32,000 bases of DNA from Kineococcus radiotolerans SRS30216 = ATCC BAA-149 (lineage in GTDB: Bacteria; Actinomycetota; Actinomycetes; Actinomycetales; Kineococcaceae), in contig NC_009664.2 in the NCBI RefSeq assembly GCF_000017305.1, positions 840,001 through 872,000 on the forward strand. The letters are read 5' to 3'. The notes below the pieces were generated by a model. That model saw only the letters and a program-made list of their open reading frames with translations. It was not told the origin of the DNA and did no database searches. This document shows, piece by piece, positions 16,554 through 24,134 of this stretch; the first letter of the stretch is position 1; each line of letters starts with the position of its first letter. The position numbers were made by a program, and so were the translations under genes.

Positions 16554-18829
16554 GCGCGCTCCAGGAAGGCCTCGGTGTCGCCGCTGACCCGGGCCGCGAC
16601 GGCCGCGGCGAGGGGGCGGTGGGCGGAGAGGTCGGGATCGGCGGCGACGAGGGTCACCGCGGCGGCGCGGGCGTGGGCCACGAGCTCGGCGTCGCGCAGG
16701 ACCCCGAGCAGCTGCAGGGAGCTGCGCTCCCCCGACTGCGCGGCCCCGAGCACGTCGCCCTCGCGGCGCTGCTCGAGGTCGAGGCGGGCCAGCTCGAAGC
16801 CGTCCCGGGTCCGGGCCAGGGCCGCGAGCCGCTGCCCGGCGGGGGACCCCTCCGAGGCCCCGGACAGCAGCAGGCAGGTGCCGGGCAGCCCACCGCGCCC
16901 GATCCGCCCGCGCAGCTGGTGCAGCTGGGAGATGCCGAAGCGGTCGGCGTCGACGACGACCATGACGCTGGCGTTGGGCACGTCGACGCCGACCTCGACG
17001 ACGGTGGTGGCCACGACGACGTCGACCTCGCCGGCGGCGAACCGGCTCATGACGTCGTCCTTCTCGGCCGGGGGGAGGCGGCCGTGCAGGACCTCGGTGC
17101 GCAGCCCGGCGGTGGCGGGGTGGGTGCGGACCACCTCGACGACCTGGCTGACGGCGGCTGCGGGCCGCGGCTTCGGCCTGCCCGGCTTCCCGCCGCGCGG
17201 GCGCGGTTCCTCGAAGAGGGCGTCGTCGGGTGCCGGTTCCTCCCCGGGCCCGTCCTCGGGGGGCGTGCCGTCCTCACCGCCCTCGTCGTCGGTGTCGATG
17301 CGCGCGCAGACGACGTAGGACTGCCGCCCCAGCGCGGCCTCCTCGGCGATGCGCTGCCAGGTGCGGTCGATCCAGGCGGGGCGGTCCTGGGGGACGACGA
17401 CGGTCTGCACGTCGGCGCGCCCGGGCGGGAGCTCGGTGAGCACCGAGGTCTCCAGGTCGCCGAAGAGGGTCATGGCGACGGTGCGCGGGATCGGGGTGGC
17501 CGTCATCACCAGCAGGTGCGGGATGCCGTTGCCCTTGGCGCGCAGCGCGTCGCGCTGCTCGACGCCGAAGCGGTGCTGCTCGTCGACGACGACGAACCCG
17601 AGGTCGGCGAACTGCACGTGCTCCTGCAGCAGGGCGTGGGTCCCGATGACGATCCCGGCCTCCCCGCTCGCCGCGGCCAGCAGGGCCGCGCGGCGGGCGG
17701 GCGCGCCCATCGAGCCGGTGAGCAGGACGACCTTCGTGGCCCGCTCGTGCGCCCCGAACGTCCCGGCGCCGGCGAGGTCGCCGAGCATCGCGGTGATCGA
17801 GCGCAGGTGCTGGGCGGCGAGGACCTCGGTGGGGGCCAGCAGCGCGGCCTGCCCCCCGCCGTCGACGACGGTCAGCATGGCCCGCAGCGCGACGAGGGTC
17901 TTGCCGGAGCCGACGTCGCCCTGCAGGAGGCGCTGCATGGGGTGCGGGCGGGCGAGGTCGGCGGCGATCTCCTCGCCCACGGCGCGCTGGGAGCCGGTGA
18001 GCGGGAACGGCAACCGCTGGTCGAAGGCCGCGGCGATCCCGTCCGGGGAGGCGGTGCGGGCGACGGCGCGCTGGCGGGCGGTGGAGGCCCGGCGCAGCGC
18101 CAGCGCGGTCTGCAGGACGAACGCCTCCTCGTAGCGCAGCCGGTGCCGGCCGGCTTCCAGCTCGGCCTCGTCGCGGGGGGCGTGCACGGCGCGCAGGGCC
18201 GCGAGGGGGTCGAGGAGGTCCGCGCCGGCGACGACCTCGGCGGGCAGGAACTCCGGCAGCTGCCCCTCGAGGCCGTCGAGGAGCTGCGCGACGCTCTGGC
18301 GGACCAGCCAGTTCGGCGCGGCCTTGGAGGCGGGGTAGAGCGGGATGGGCCGGTTGACGGCGTCCACGCCGTCCTCGGGGTCCTCCAGCGTCTCGTAGTC
18401 GGGGTGCGACAGCTGCCAGACGTCCTGGAACTTGCTCACCTTCCCCGAGGCCAGGACCAGCGCACCGGGGACGAGGTCGGCCTTCTGGTGGGCGAACTGG
18501 CCGGCGAACTTGGCGAAGAAGGTCATGGTGAGGGTGTCGCGGCCGTCGCCGAGGGTCACCACGAGGCGGACGCCGTCCTTGGCGCGCATGCGCTGGGGCT
18601 CCCCGTACTTCACGACCTGGGCCAGGATCGTGGCGTTCTCGCCCTCGACGAGGTCGCGGATGGGGGTGAGCGTGCCGCGGTCGGCGTAGCGGCGCGGCAG
18701 GTGCCACAGCAGGTCCCGGACGGTCTCCAAGCCGAGGCCCTCGGAGAGGAACTTCGCCGGGTTGGCCTTCTTGCTGTTCCCCTTGCCCCGCGGGAGCCGG
18801 CTGGACAGGGGTGCGTCCAGCTCGTCCAC
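16550..18829 (-). CDS. recG: ATP-dependent DNA helicase RecG
   Basis: 759 aa. The wedge/OB N-terminal region is followed by SF2 helicase motifs '[11 protein letters not shown]' (I), '[10 protein letters not shown]' (II) and 'MTATPIPRT' (III). Motif VI and the TRG region are '[11 protein letters not shown]'. Confidence 0.95.
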   Translation of the reverse strand: MDELDAPLSSRLPRGKGNSKKANPAKFLSEGLGLETVRDLLWHLPRRYADRGTLTPIRDLVEGENATILAQVVKYGEPQRMRAKDGVRLVVTLGDGRDTLTMTFFAKFAGQFAHQKADLVPGALVLASGKVSKFQDVWQLSHPDYETLEDPEDGVDAVNRPIPLYPASKAAPNWLVRQSVAQLLDGLEGQLPEFLPAEVVAGADLLDPLAALRAVHAPRDEAELEAGRHRLRYEEAFVLQTALALRRASTARQRAVARTASPDGIAAAFDQRLPFPLTGSQRAVGEEIAADLARPHPMQRLLQGDVGSGKTLVALRAMLTVVDGGGQAALLAPTEVLAAQHLRSITAMLGDLAGAGTFGAHERATKVVLLTGSMGAPARRAALLAAASGEAGIVIGTHALLQEHVQFADLGFVVVDEQHRFGVEQRDALRAKGNGIPHLLVMTATPIPRTVAMTLFGDLETSVLTELPPGRADVQTVVVPQDRPAWIDRTWQRIAEEAALGRQSYVVCARIDTDDEGGEDGTPPEDGPGEEPAPDDALFEEPRPRGGKPGRPKPRPAAAVSQVVEVVRTHPATAGLRTEVLHGRLPPAEKDDVMSRFAAGEVDVVVATTVVEVGVDVPNASVMVVVDADRFGISQLHQLRGRIGRGGLPGTCLLLSGASEGSPAGQRLAALARTRDGFELARLDLEQRREGDVLGAAQSGERSSLQLLGVLRDAELVAHARAAAVTLVAADPDLSAHRPLAAAVAARVSGDTEAFLERA

Positions 18830-19015
18830 GCGGGCAGGTTACCCCCGGGCTCCCCGCGGGCCGGGGCGCCCACCGCCGGCGCGTCGGGCCCCGCCCTCGG
18901 TTTCCCGCGGGGGCCGCACCTCGGCTATGGTGGTCAGCGGTGTCCGGGCCTCCGGCGCCACGGGTGCCCCGACCGGGGTCCACCCACTTCACCCGATCGA
19001 CTTCAGGAGTTCCCC

Positions 19016-19201
19016 GTGGCTGCCACCTGTGACGTCTGCGCCAAGGGCCCTGGCTTCGGCAAGAGCGTCTCGCACTCGCACCGGCGGACCAACCGCATGT
19101 GGCTCCCGAACATCCAGCGGATCCGGGCCACTGTCAACGGTTCTCCCAAGCGCCTCAACGTGTGCACCTCCTGCCTGAAGGCGGGCAAGGTCACGCGCTG
19201 A
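19016..19201 (+). CDS. rpmB: 50S ribosomal protein L28
   Basis: GTG at 19016 follows 'aggag' (19005-19009). '[42 protein letters not shown]...' is the L28 signature. It is the last 61 codons of the otherwise spurious track ORF 16619..19201. Confidence 0.9.
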   Translation: MAATCDVCAKGPGFGKSVSHSHRRTNRMWLPNIQRIRATVNGSPKRLNVCTSCLKAGKVTR

Positions 19202-19212
19202 CCACCTCGTGC

Positions 19213-19264
19213 TGAACGCCCCGAGGGGCCGGTCCCCCCAGGGGGCCGGCCCCTCGGGCGTTCA
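19213..19264. terminator. GC-rich hairpin between convergent rpmB and thiL, probably a bidirectional terminator
   Basis: TGAACGCCCCGAGGGGCCGG (19213-19232) pairs with CCGGCCCCTCGGGCGTTCA (19246-19264), leaving one bulged C. The C6/G5 run in between can extend the stem. The 3' arm overlaps the thiL stop codon. Confidence 0.6.
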
Positions 19265-20206
19265 CTGGGCGAAGTGGTCCCACCCGGTGCCCGCCCCGGC
19301 CCACGCCCGCCCGTCGACGAGCACCGGGTGCGGCCCGGCGGGCCGCACGACCCCGACGGCGGCGAAGGGGGCCGGGAGCCCGGCGTCCGGGGGGAAGCAC
19401 CCGAGCAGCGCGTGGTCCTCCCCGCCGGTGAGGACGAGCTCGGTAGCCCGCCCGCCCACCGCGGGCAGCAGGTCGGCGATCCACCCGCCCAGCGCCGAGG
19501 TGGTCGACAGGTCGAGGGTGACCCCGCTGGCCGCGGCGATGCGGCCCGCGTCGCGCAGCAGCCCGTCGCTGACGTCCATCAGCGCGCTCGCCCCGGCCCG
19601 TCGCGCCCGGGGACCCGCCGCGACCGGCGGCACCGGTCGCCGGTGCGCGCCGAGCAGGTCCGCCGGGCCGTCGAGCACCCCGCGCTGCAGCAGGTCCAGC
19701 CCGGCGCCCGAGCGGCCCAGGGTGCCGGCCACCGCGACCACGTGACCGGCCCGGGCCCCCGATCGCAGCACCGGCGGGGCCCCGGCCAGGTCCCCCAGCG
19801 CGGTGACGGCCACGACGATCTCCGAGGCCGCGGACAGGTCCCCGCCCACGACGACCGCGCCGAACTCCGCGCAGGCCTGCGCGACGCCCCGCGCGAAGTC
19901 CTCCACCCACGCCACCTCGAGGTCCCCGGGCATCCCGAGGGCGAGGAGCAGACCGGTGCAGGTGGCGCCCATGGCGGCCACGTCGGCGACGTTCTGCGCG
20001 ACGGCCTTCCACCCGACGTCGGCTCCGGTGGACCAGTCCCGCCGGAAGTCGCGGAGCTCCACGAGGACGTCGGTGGTCGCGACGACCCGCCCGTCGGGGG
20101 CGGCGACGAGGGCCGCGTCGTCGCCGGGCCCGAGCAGGGCGCGGGTCGGCATCAGCGGCAGCACCCGCGCCAGCAGCGCCGTCTCGTCCAGTTCCTCGAC
20201 CCGCAC
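19262..20206 (-). CDS. thiL: Thiamine-monophosphate kinase
   Basis: AIR-synthase-fold motifs 'GPGDDAALV', 'TTDVLVELRDF...GWKAVAQNVADVAAMGA' and 'SALMDVSDGLLRDAGRIA'. Confidence 0.9.
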   Translation of the reverse strand: MRVEELDETALLARVLPLMPTRALLGPGDDAALVAAPDGRVVATTDVLVELRDFRRDWSTGADVGWKAVAQNVADVAAMGATCTGLLLALGMPGDLEVAWVEDFARGVAQACAEFGAVVVGGDLSAASEIVVAVTALGDLAGAPPVLRSGARAGHVVAVAGTLGRSGAGLDLLQRGVLDGPADLLGAHRRPVPPVAAGPRARRAGASALMDVSDGLLRDAGRIAAASGVTLDLSTTSALGGWIADLLPAVGGRATELVLTGGEDHALLGCFPPDAGLPAPFAAVGVVRPAGPHPVLVDGRAWAGAGTGWDHFAQ

Positions 20207-20261
20207 TCGCGCCCCGCCCCTCGTGCCCCGTCCTCCGCTGCAGCGGGCACACTACGGGGCG

Positions 20262-20777
20262 ATGTCCGCACCCGGTCCGCCCAGCACCCCCGCGCGCCAG
20301 CCCCCCGGGCGGCTGGTCGTCGCCCTCGTCGTGGTGCTCGTCGCGGCCGGCGCGGTGTGGGCCTACCTGGCGGGTTCGCGCGGGGTCGAGGCCGCCCCGG
20401 ACGCCGCGGACCCGGCGTGCACGACCCTGCTGGCCGCCCTGCCGGCGTCGCTGGGGAACCTCGGCCGGACCCCGCAGGGAGCGGCGGGGGTGGCGGCGTG
20501 GGGCGAGGACCGGGTCGTCCTGCGCTGCGGCGCACTCGTCCTGGGGCCGACGACGAAGGCGTGCGTGCCCGTCGGCCCGGACGGGGGTCCAAGTGTGGAC
20601 TGGGTGCAGGACGCCGTGAGCGACCGCGCGGTGCGCTTCCTCACCTACGGGCGGACCCCCGCCGTGGAGGTGACCGTGCGCTTCGGCGACGGGCTGACCC
20701 GCGACCAGGCCACCTCGCAGCTGGTGGACCTCGCCGGGCCGGTGTCGGCCATCCGGCAGACCCGGACCTGCGTGTAG
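20262..20777 (+). CDS. DUF3515-like membrane-anchored/secreted protein
   Basis: ATG at 20262 in the frame of track ORF 19803..20777. It has an N-terminal TM/signal anchor 'LVVALVVVLVAAGAVWAYL' followed by a Cys-containing domain ('ACTTLLAALPASL...VVLRCG...ACVPV'). It is divergent from thiL, as DUF3515 genes are in many actinobacteria (recollection). Confidence 0.55.
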   Translation: MSAPGPPSTPARQPPGRLVVALVVVLVAAGAVWAYLAGSRGVEAAPDAADPACTTLLAALPASLGNLGRTPQGAAGVAAWGEDRVVLRCGALVLGPTTKACVPVGPDGGPSVDWVQDAVSDRAVRFLTYGRTPAVEVTVRFGDGLTRDQATSQLVDLAGPVSAIRQTRTCV

Positions 20778-20790
20778 GCGCCGCGCGCGC

Positions 20791-21561
20791 TCAGCCCAGC
20801 AGGGCCGCGGTCTCCCGGGACGCCTTCCGGATGCCGGACCGCTCGTCCAGCCAGCCGCCGGCGACCCCGACGACGGGCAGCTTGCCGATCGCCCGGGTGA
20901 GCAGGCCCCCGCGGGGCCGTTCGTCGAGCAGGTCCGGCAGCCCGCGGAACGTCCGCGCCAGCCGCCACACGGTGCGCGCGGCCCGCTGGGCACCGCGTCC
21001 GAAGGTCGCGACGGGCCCGGGCCCGCCCCGGCCGTCCTCGGGGGCGGGGTCGGGCTCCTCGGCCAACTCCCGCTCGGCCTGCGCGGGGTCGGGGACGGGC
21101 GCCGCGGCGACGGGGAGGTCGCGGTCGAAGAGGACCTTCGCCAGCAGCGGCACCCACTGCGCGGGCTCGGTGCGACCGTGCTCGCGCGCGGTGGCGCACA
21201 CCGCCAGACCGGCCGCGGAGGCCCCCAGCGCGGCCTGGAGGGGGACCCGGTCGGCCACCGCCCCGGCGAAGCGGGGCGCCGCGGCCGCCAGGCCGGCGCT
21301 GATCCCGATGCGGGTCACCCACCAGTCCACGCGGCGGGCGAGGGGCTGCCGGTCCCACTCGGGCGAGGCCGGGGTGACCTCCCCCAGCGCGCGGTCGCGC
21401 AGCGCGTCGAGGACCCGGGCGGGGAACGGCGCCGTCGGCGGCGGGTCGTCGTCGAGACCGAGCCAGCGCCGGGGGTCGGTCAGGACGCGGTCCACCAGCC
21501 CCGCGTAGACGCCGAGGGCGCGGGAGATCTGGTCGTCGCTGACGGCGGGGGTTCGAGCCAC
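20791..21561 (-). CDS. Hypothetical protein with no confident family assignment; weak resemblance to EcsC-type proteins
   Basis: 256-aa ORF. GTG at 21561 is preceded by 'gagga' 7 nt upstream (minus sense). Composition is coding-like, unlike the overlapping frames. It has two Ala/Gly-rich hydrophobic stretches, an acidic/Pro linker, and the C-terminus 'AIGKLPVVGVAGGWLDERSGIRKASRE'. Confidence 0.5.
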   Translation of the reverse strand: MARTPAVSDDQISRALGVYAGLVDRVLTDPRRWLGLDDDPPPTAPFPARVLDALRDRALGEVTPASPEWDRQPLARRVDWWVTRIGISAGLAAAAPRFAGAVADRVPLQAALGASAAGLAVCATAREHGRTEPAQWVPLLAKVLFDRDLPVAAAPVPDPAQAERELAEEPDPAPEDGRGGPGPVATFGRGAQRAARTVWRLARTFRGLPDLLDERPRGGLLTRAIGKLPVVGVAGGWLDERSGIRKASRETAALLG

Positions 21562-21624
21562 CCGGAGATCCTCGCGCCTGCGCGCCGCGCCCGCCCGCCG
21601 GGACGCCGCCCGCCGGACGGGACC

Positions 21625-22755
21625 TCAGCGCAGGCCGGTGGGGCGGCGCAGCGCGAGCTGGATCAGCCGGTGCACGAGCTCGGGGTAGTCGACGCCGGTG
21701 GCCGCCCACATCCGCGGGTACATCGAGAACGGCGTGAACCCGGGCATGGTGTTGATCTCGTTGACCACGATGCCGTCCTCCCCCCGGGCGGGGTCGACGA
21801 AGAGGTCGACGCGGGCCAGGCCCTCGGCCCCCATGGCCTCGAAGACCCGCACCGCGGTGCGGCGCACGGCGGCGACGACGTCGTCGGGCAGGTCCGCGGG
21901 GCAGGTCAGCCGCACGTTGCCGGAGTCGAGGTACTTGGCCTCGAAGTCGTAGAAGTCGTGGCCGCCGACGACCTCGACCTCCCCGGGCAGGCTCGTCAGC
22001 GGTTCCCCGCCGTCGAGGTCCTCCAGGACCCCGCACTCGATCTCCCGGCCGACCAGCGCCGCCTCGACGACGACCTTCGGGTCGTGCGAGACGGCCTCGG
22101 CCACCGCGGCGGCCAGGCCCTCGCGGGAGGTGACACGGGTGATCCCGATGCTGGAGCCCGCGCGGGCGGGCTTGACGAAGACCGGGTACCCGAGGGCCTC
22201 CACCTCGGCGACGACGCCGTCGCGGTCGGTGTCCCAGCGGCGGGCGCGGAAGGAGGTCCAGGGCCCCACGGGCAGGCCCTGCCCGGCCAGCAGCAGCTTC
22301 ATGACCTGCTTGTCCATGCCCGCCGCCGAGGCCAGCACCCCGGACCCGACGTAGCGGGTGTCGGAGAGCTCCAGCAGCCCCTGCAGGGTGCCGTCCTCGC
22401 CGAAGGGCCCGTGCAGCAGCGGCAGCACGACGTCGACCTCGCCGAGCTCGGCGAGCGCCGGGGCGCCGGGGGCGCCGCCGAGGCGCTGCAGCGCCTTCGT
22501 GTCCACGTCGAGGGGCAGCCCGACGGGCGTGCCGGTCGCGGGCACCTCGGGCAGGGCCCCGTCGGTGAGCTCGAACCGGGCGGGGTCCTCCACGAGCACC
22601 CACCGCCCCGTGGTGGTGATGCCGATCGGCACGACGTCGTAGACGTCGCCGTCGAGGGCCGCGAGCACGCCCGCGGCGGTCACGCAGCTGATGGCGTGCT
22701 CGGAGGATCGGCCGCCGAAGACGACGGCGACGCGGGGCTTGGGCTGGCTGCTCAT
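21625..22755 (-). CDS. ddl: D-alanine--D-alanine ligase
   Basis: 'VAVVFGGRSSEHAISCVTA', 'LHGPFGEDGTLQGLLE', the ATP-grasp section 'PVFVKPARAGSSIGI' and 'NEINTMPGFTPFSMYP'. Confidence 0.95.
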   Translation of the reverse strand: MSSQPKPRVAVVFGGRSSEHAISCVTAAGVLAALDGDVYDVVPIGITTTGRWVLVEDPARFELTDGALPEVPATGTPVGLPLDVDTKALQRLGGAPGAPALAELGEVDVVLPLLHGPFGEDGTLQGLLELSDTRYVGSGVLASAAGMDKQVMKLLLAGQGLPVGPWTSFRARRWDTDRDGVVAEVEALGYPVFVKPARAGSSIGITRVTSREGLAAAVAEAVSHDPKVVVEAALVGREIECGVLEDLDGGEPLTSLPGEVEVVGGHDFYDFEAKYLDSGNVRLTCPADLPDDVVAAVRRTAVRVFEAMGAEGLARVDLFVDPARGEDGIVVNEINTMPGFTPFSMYPRMWAATGVDYPELVHRLIQLALRRPTGLR

Positions 22756-22775
22756 CGGCGCAGACCCTACCCGCG

Positions 22776-24014
22776 GTGTGGTTGGGTTCCTGCGTGCCCG
22801 AGAACCTGCCCGCGGACGTGTCCGAGAACACCCCGCAGAACGCCCCGCTGTCCCCCGCCACCCTGGCCGTGGTCTCCGGCCGTCCCCCGCGCGGTCTCGA
22901 CAGCGAGCTGAACACCCCCGTCTCGCTGTCCGCCACGTTCGTCGGCGGCGGGTCGCTGGGGGCGGCCGAGCTCGGCTACGGCCGGTTCGCGAACCCGACC
23001 TGGGCCGCGCTGGAGACCGCGATCGGCGACCTGGAGGGGGGCCGGGCGCTGGCCTTCGCCTCCGGCATGGCCGCCGTCGCCGCGGCGCTGCACCTGGTCC
23101 CGGCCGAGGGGACCGTCCTGGTGCCCCACGGGGCCTACAACGGCACCCACTCCCTCAGCGGCCTGCTCAGCACCCAGGGCCGCCTCGCCGTGCAGCCGGT
23201 GGACATCACCGACCTCGACGCCGTGCGCACGGCGCTGGGCGCGCTGAGCGGGCCGGTGCTGCTGTGGCTGGAGTCGCCGACCAACCCGCTGCTGGAGGTG
23301 GCCGACATCGCCGCCCTGGCCGCGCTGGGCCACGAGCACGGGGCGACGGTGGTGGTGGACAACACCTTCGCGACCCCGCTGCTGCAGCGGCCGCTGGAAC
23401 TGGGCGCCGACGTCGTCGTGCACTCGGTGACGAAGTTCCTCTCCGGCCACTCCGACGTCGTCCTGGGCGCGGCGGTCGCCCGCGACGAGGCGGTCCTGAC
23501 CGCGCTGAAGGCGCACCGGACCTTCCACGGGGCCATCCCCGGGCCGATGGAGGCGTTCCTGGCCCTGCGCGGGATCCGCACGCTGCCGCTGCGGCTGGAG
23601 CGCTCGCAGGCCTCCGCCGCCGACCTGGCCCGCCGGCTGCTCGCGCACCCCGCGGTGACCCGGGTGCGCCACCCCTCCCTGCCCGACGACCCCGGCCACG
23701 CCCTGGCCGCCGCGCAGATGGCGGGCTTCGGGGCGCTGGTCTCCATCGAGGTGGTCGGGGGCGCGGCGGGGGCGGACGCTGTCGTGGACGCGGTGCGGCT
23801 GTGGGTGCCCGCGACCAGCCTGGGCGGGGTGGAGTCGCTGGTGGAGCGCCGCCGCCGGCACGGCAACGAACCCGTCGTCGTCCCGGAGGACCTGCTGCGG
23901 CTCTCCGTGGGCGTGGAGGACGTGGAGGACCTCTGGCGGGACCTGGCCCGGGCCCTGGACCGCGCGCTGGCCCACGCCCCGGGGTCCGGCGGGGGCGCGG
24001 CGGGAACCGCCTGA
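22776..24014 (+). CDS. PLP-dependent Cys/Met-metabolism (trans-sulfuration) enzyme, cystathionine gamma-synthase/lyase-like
   Basis: 'ESPTNPLLEVADI', 'VVVDNTFATPLLQRPLELGADVVVHSVTKFLSGHSDV' (PLP-lysine motif TKF..GHSD) and 'SLGGVESLVE'. The start is uncertain. GTG 22776 is only 20 nt from the divergent ddl start, and in-frame GTGs at 22794 and 22818 are alternatives. Confidence 0.8.
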   Translation: MWLGSCVPENLPADVSENTPQNAPLSPATLAVVSGRPPRGLDSELNTPVSLSATFVGGGSLGAAELGYGRFANPTWAALETAIGDLEGGRALAFASGMAAVAAALHLVPAEGTVLVPHGAYNGTHSLSGLLSTQGRLAVQPVDITDLDAVRTALGALSGPVLLWLESPTNPLLEVADIAALAALGHEHGATVVVDNTFATPLLQRPLELGADVVVHSVTKFLSGHSDVVLGAAVARDEAVLTALKAHRTFHGAIPGPMEAFLALRGIRTLPLRLERSQASAADLARRLLAHPAVTRVRHPSLPDDPGHALAAAQMAGFGALVSIEVVGGAAGADAVVDAVRLWVPATSLGGVESLVERRRRHGNEPVVVPEDLLRLSVGVEDVEDLWRDLARALDRALAHAPGSGGGAAGTA

Positions 24015-24106
24015 GGGACGCGCGCGTCGGACCACCGGGAACACCCCGGGCCCGCGCCGCGCTGCACCGAGCGCGACACGCCCGGGACCTCCCGGTGGTC
24101 CGGCCT

Positions 24107-24124
24107 TATCTCATCTGTGAGATA
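24107..24124. promoter_or_regulatory. Perfect 7-4-7 palindrome TATCTCA-TCTG-TGAGATA, a candidate operator for the downstream XRE-HTH fusion protein
   Basis: Read directly from the sequence. The palindrome ends 10 nt upstream of ATG 24135 and forms a locally AT-rich island in a very GC-rich intergenic region. Confidence 0.4.
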
Positions 24125-24134
24125 CGGTGCCCGC

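Noticed and set aside
16619-19015. 860-aa + strand ORF antisense to recG.
   Set aside because: Only its last 61 codons (19016..19201) are real; they encode L28. The rest is antisense to an unambiguous recG and is Gly/Asp/Arg-rich.
19003-19194. 63-aa minus-strand ORF between recG and thiL.
   Set aside because: It is antisense to rpmB, whose L28 signature and RBS are clear.
19202-20261. Possible TPP riboswitch associated with thiL.
   Set aside because: thiL is flanked by a terminator hairpin at its 3' end and by a 55-nt divergent gap at its 5' end. There is no room for a THI-box and no such motif is visible.
19274-22936. Very long ORFs 19274..21508 (+), 20645..22936 (-), 21178..22911 (+) and 19191..20993 (-).
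   Set aside because: They overlap thiL, the DUF3515 gene, the orphan gene and ddl in other frames. Their composition is Arg/Gly/Pro-dominated and they carry no motifs.
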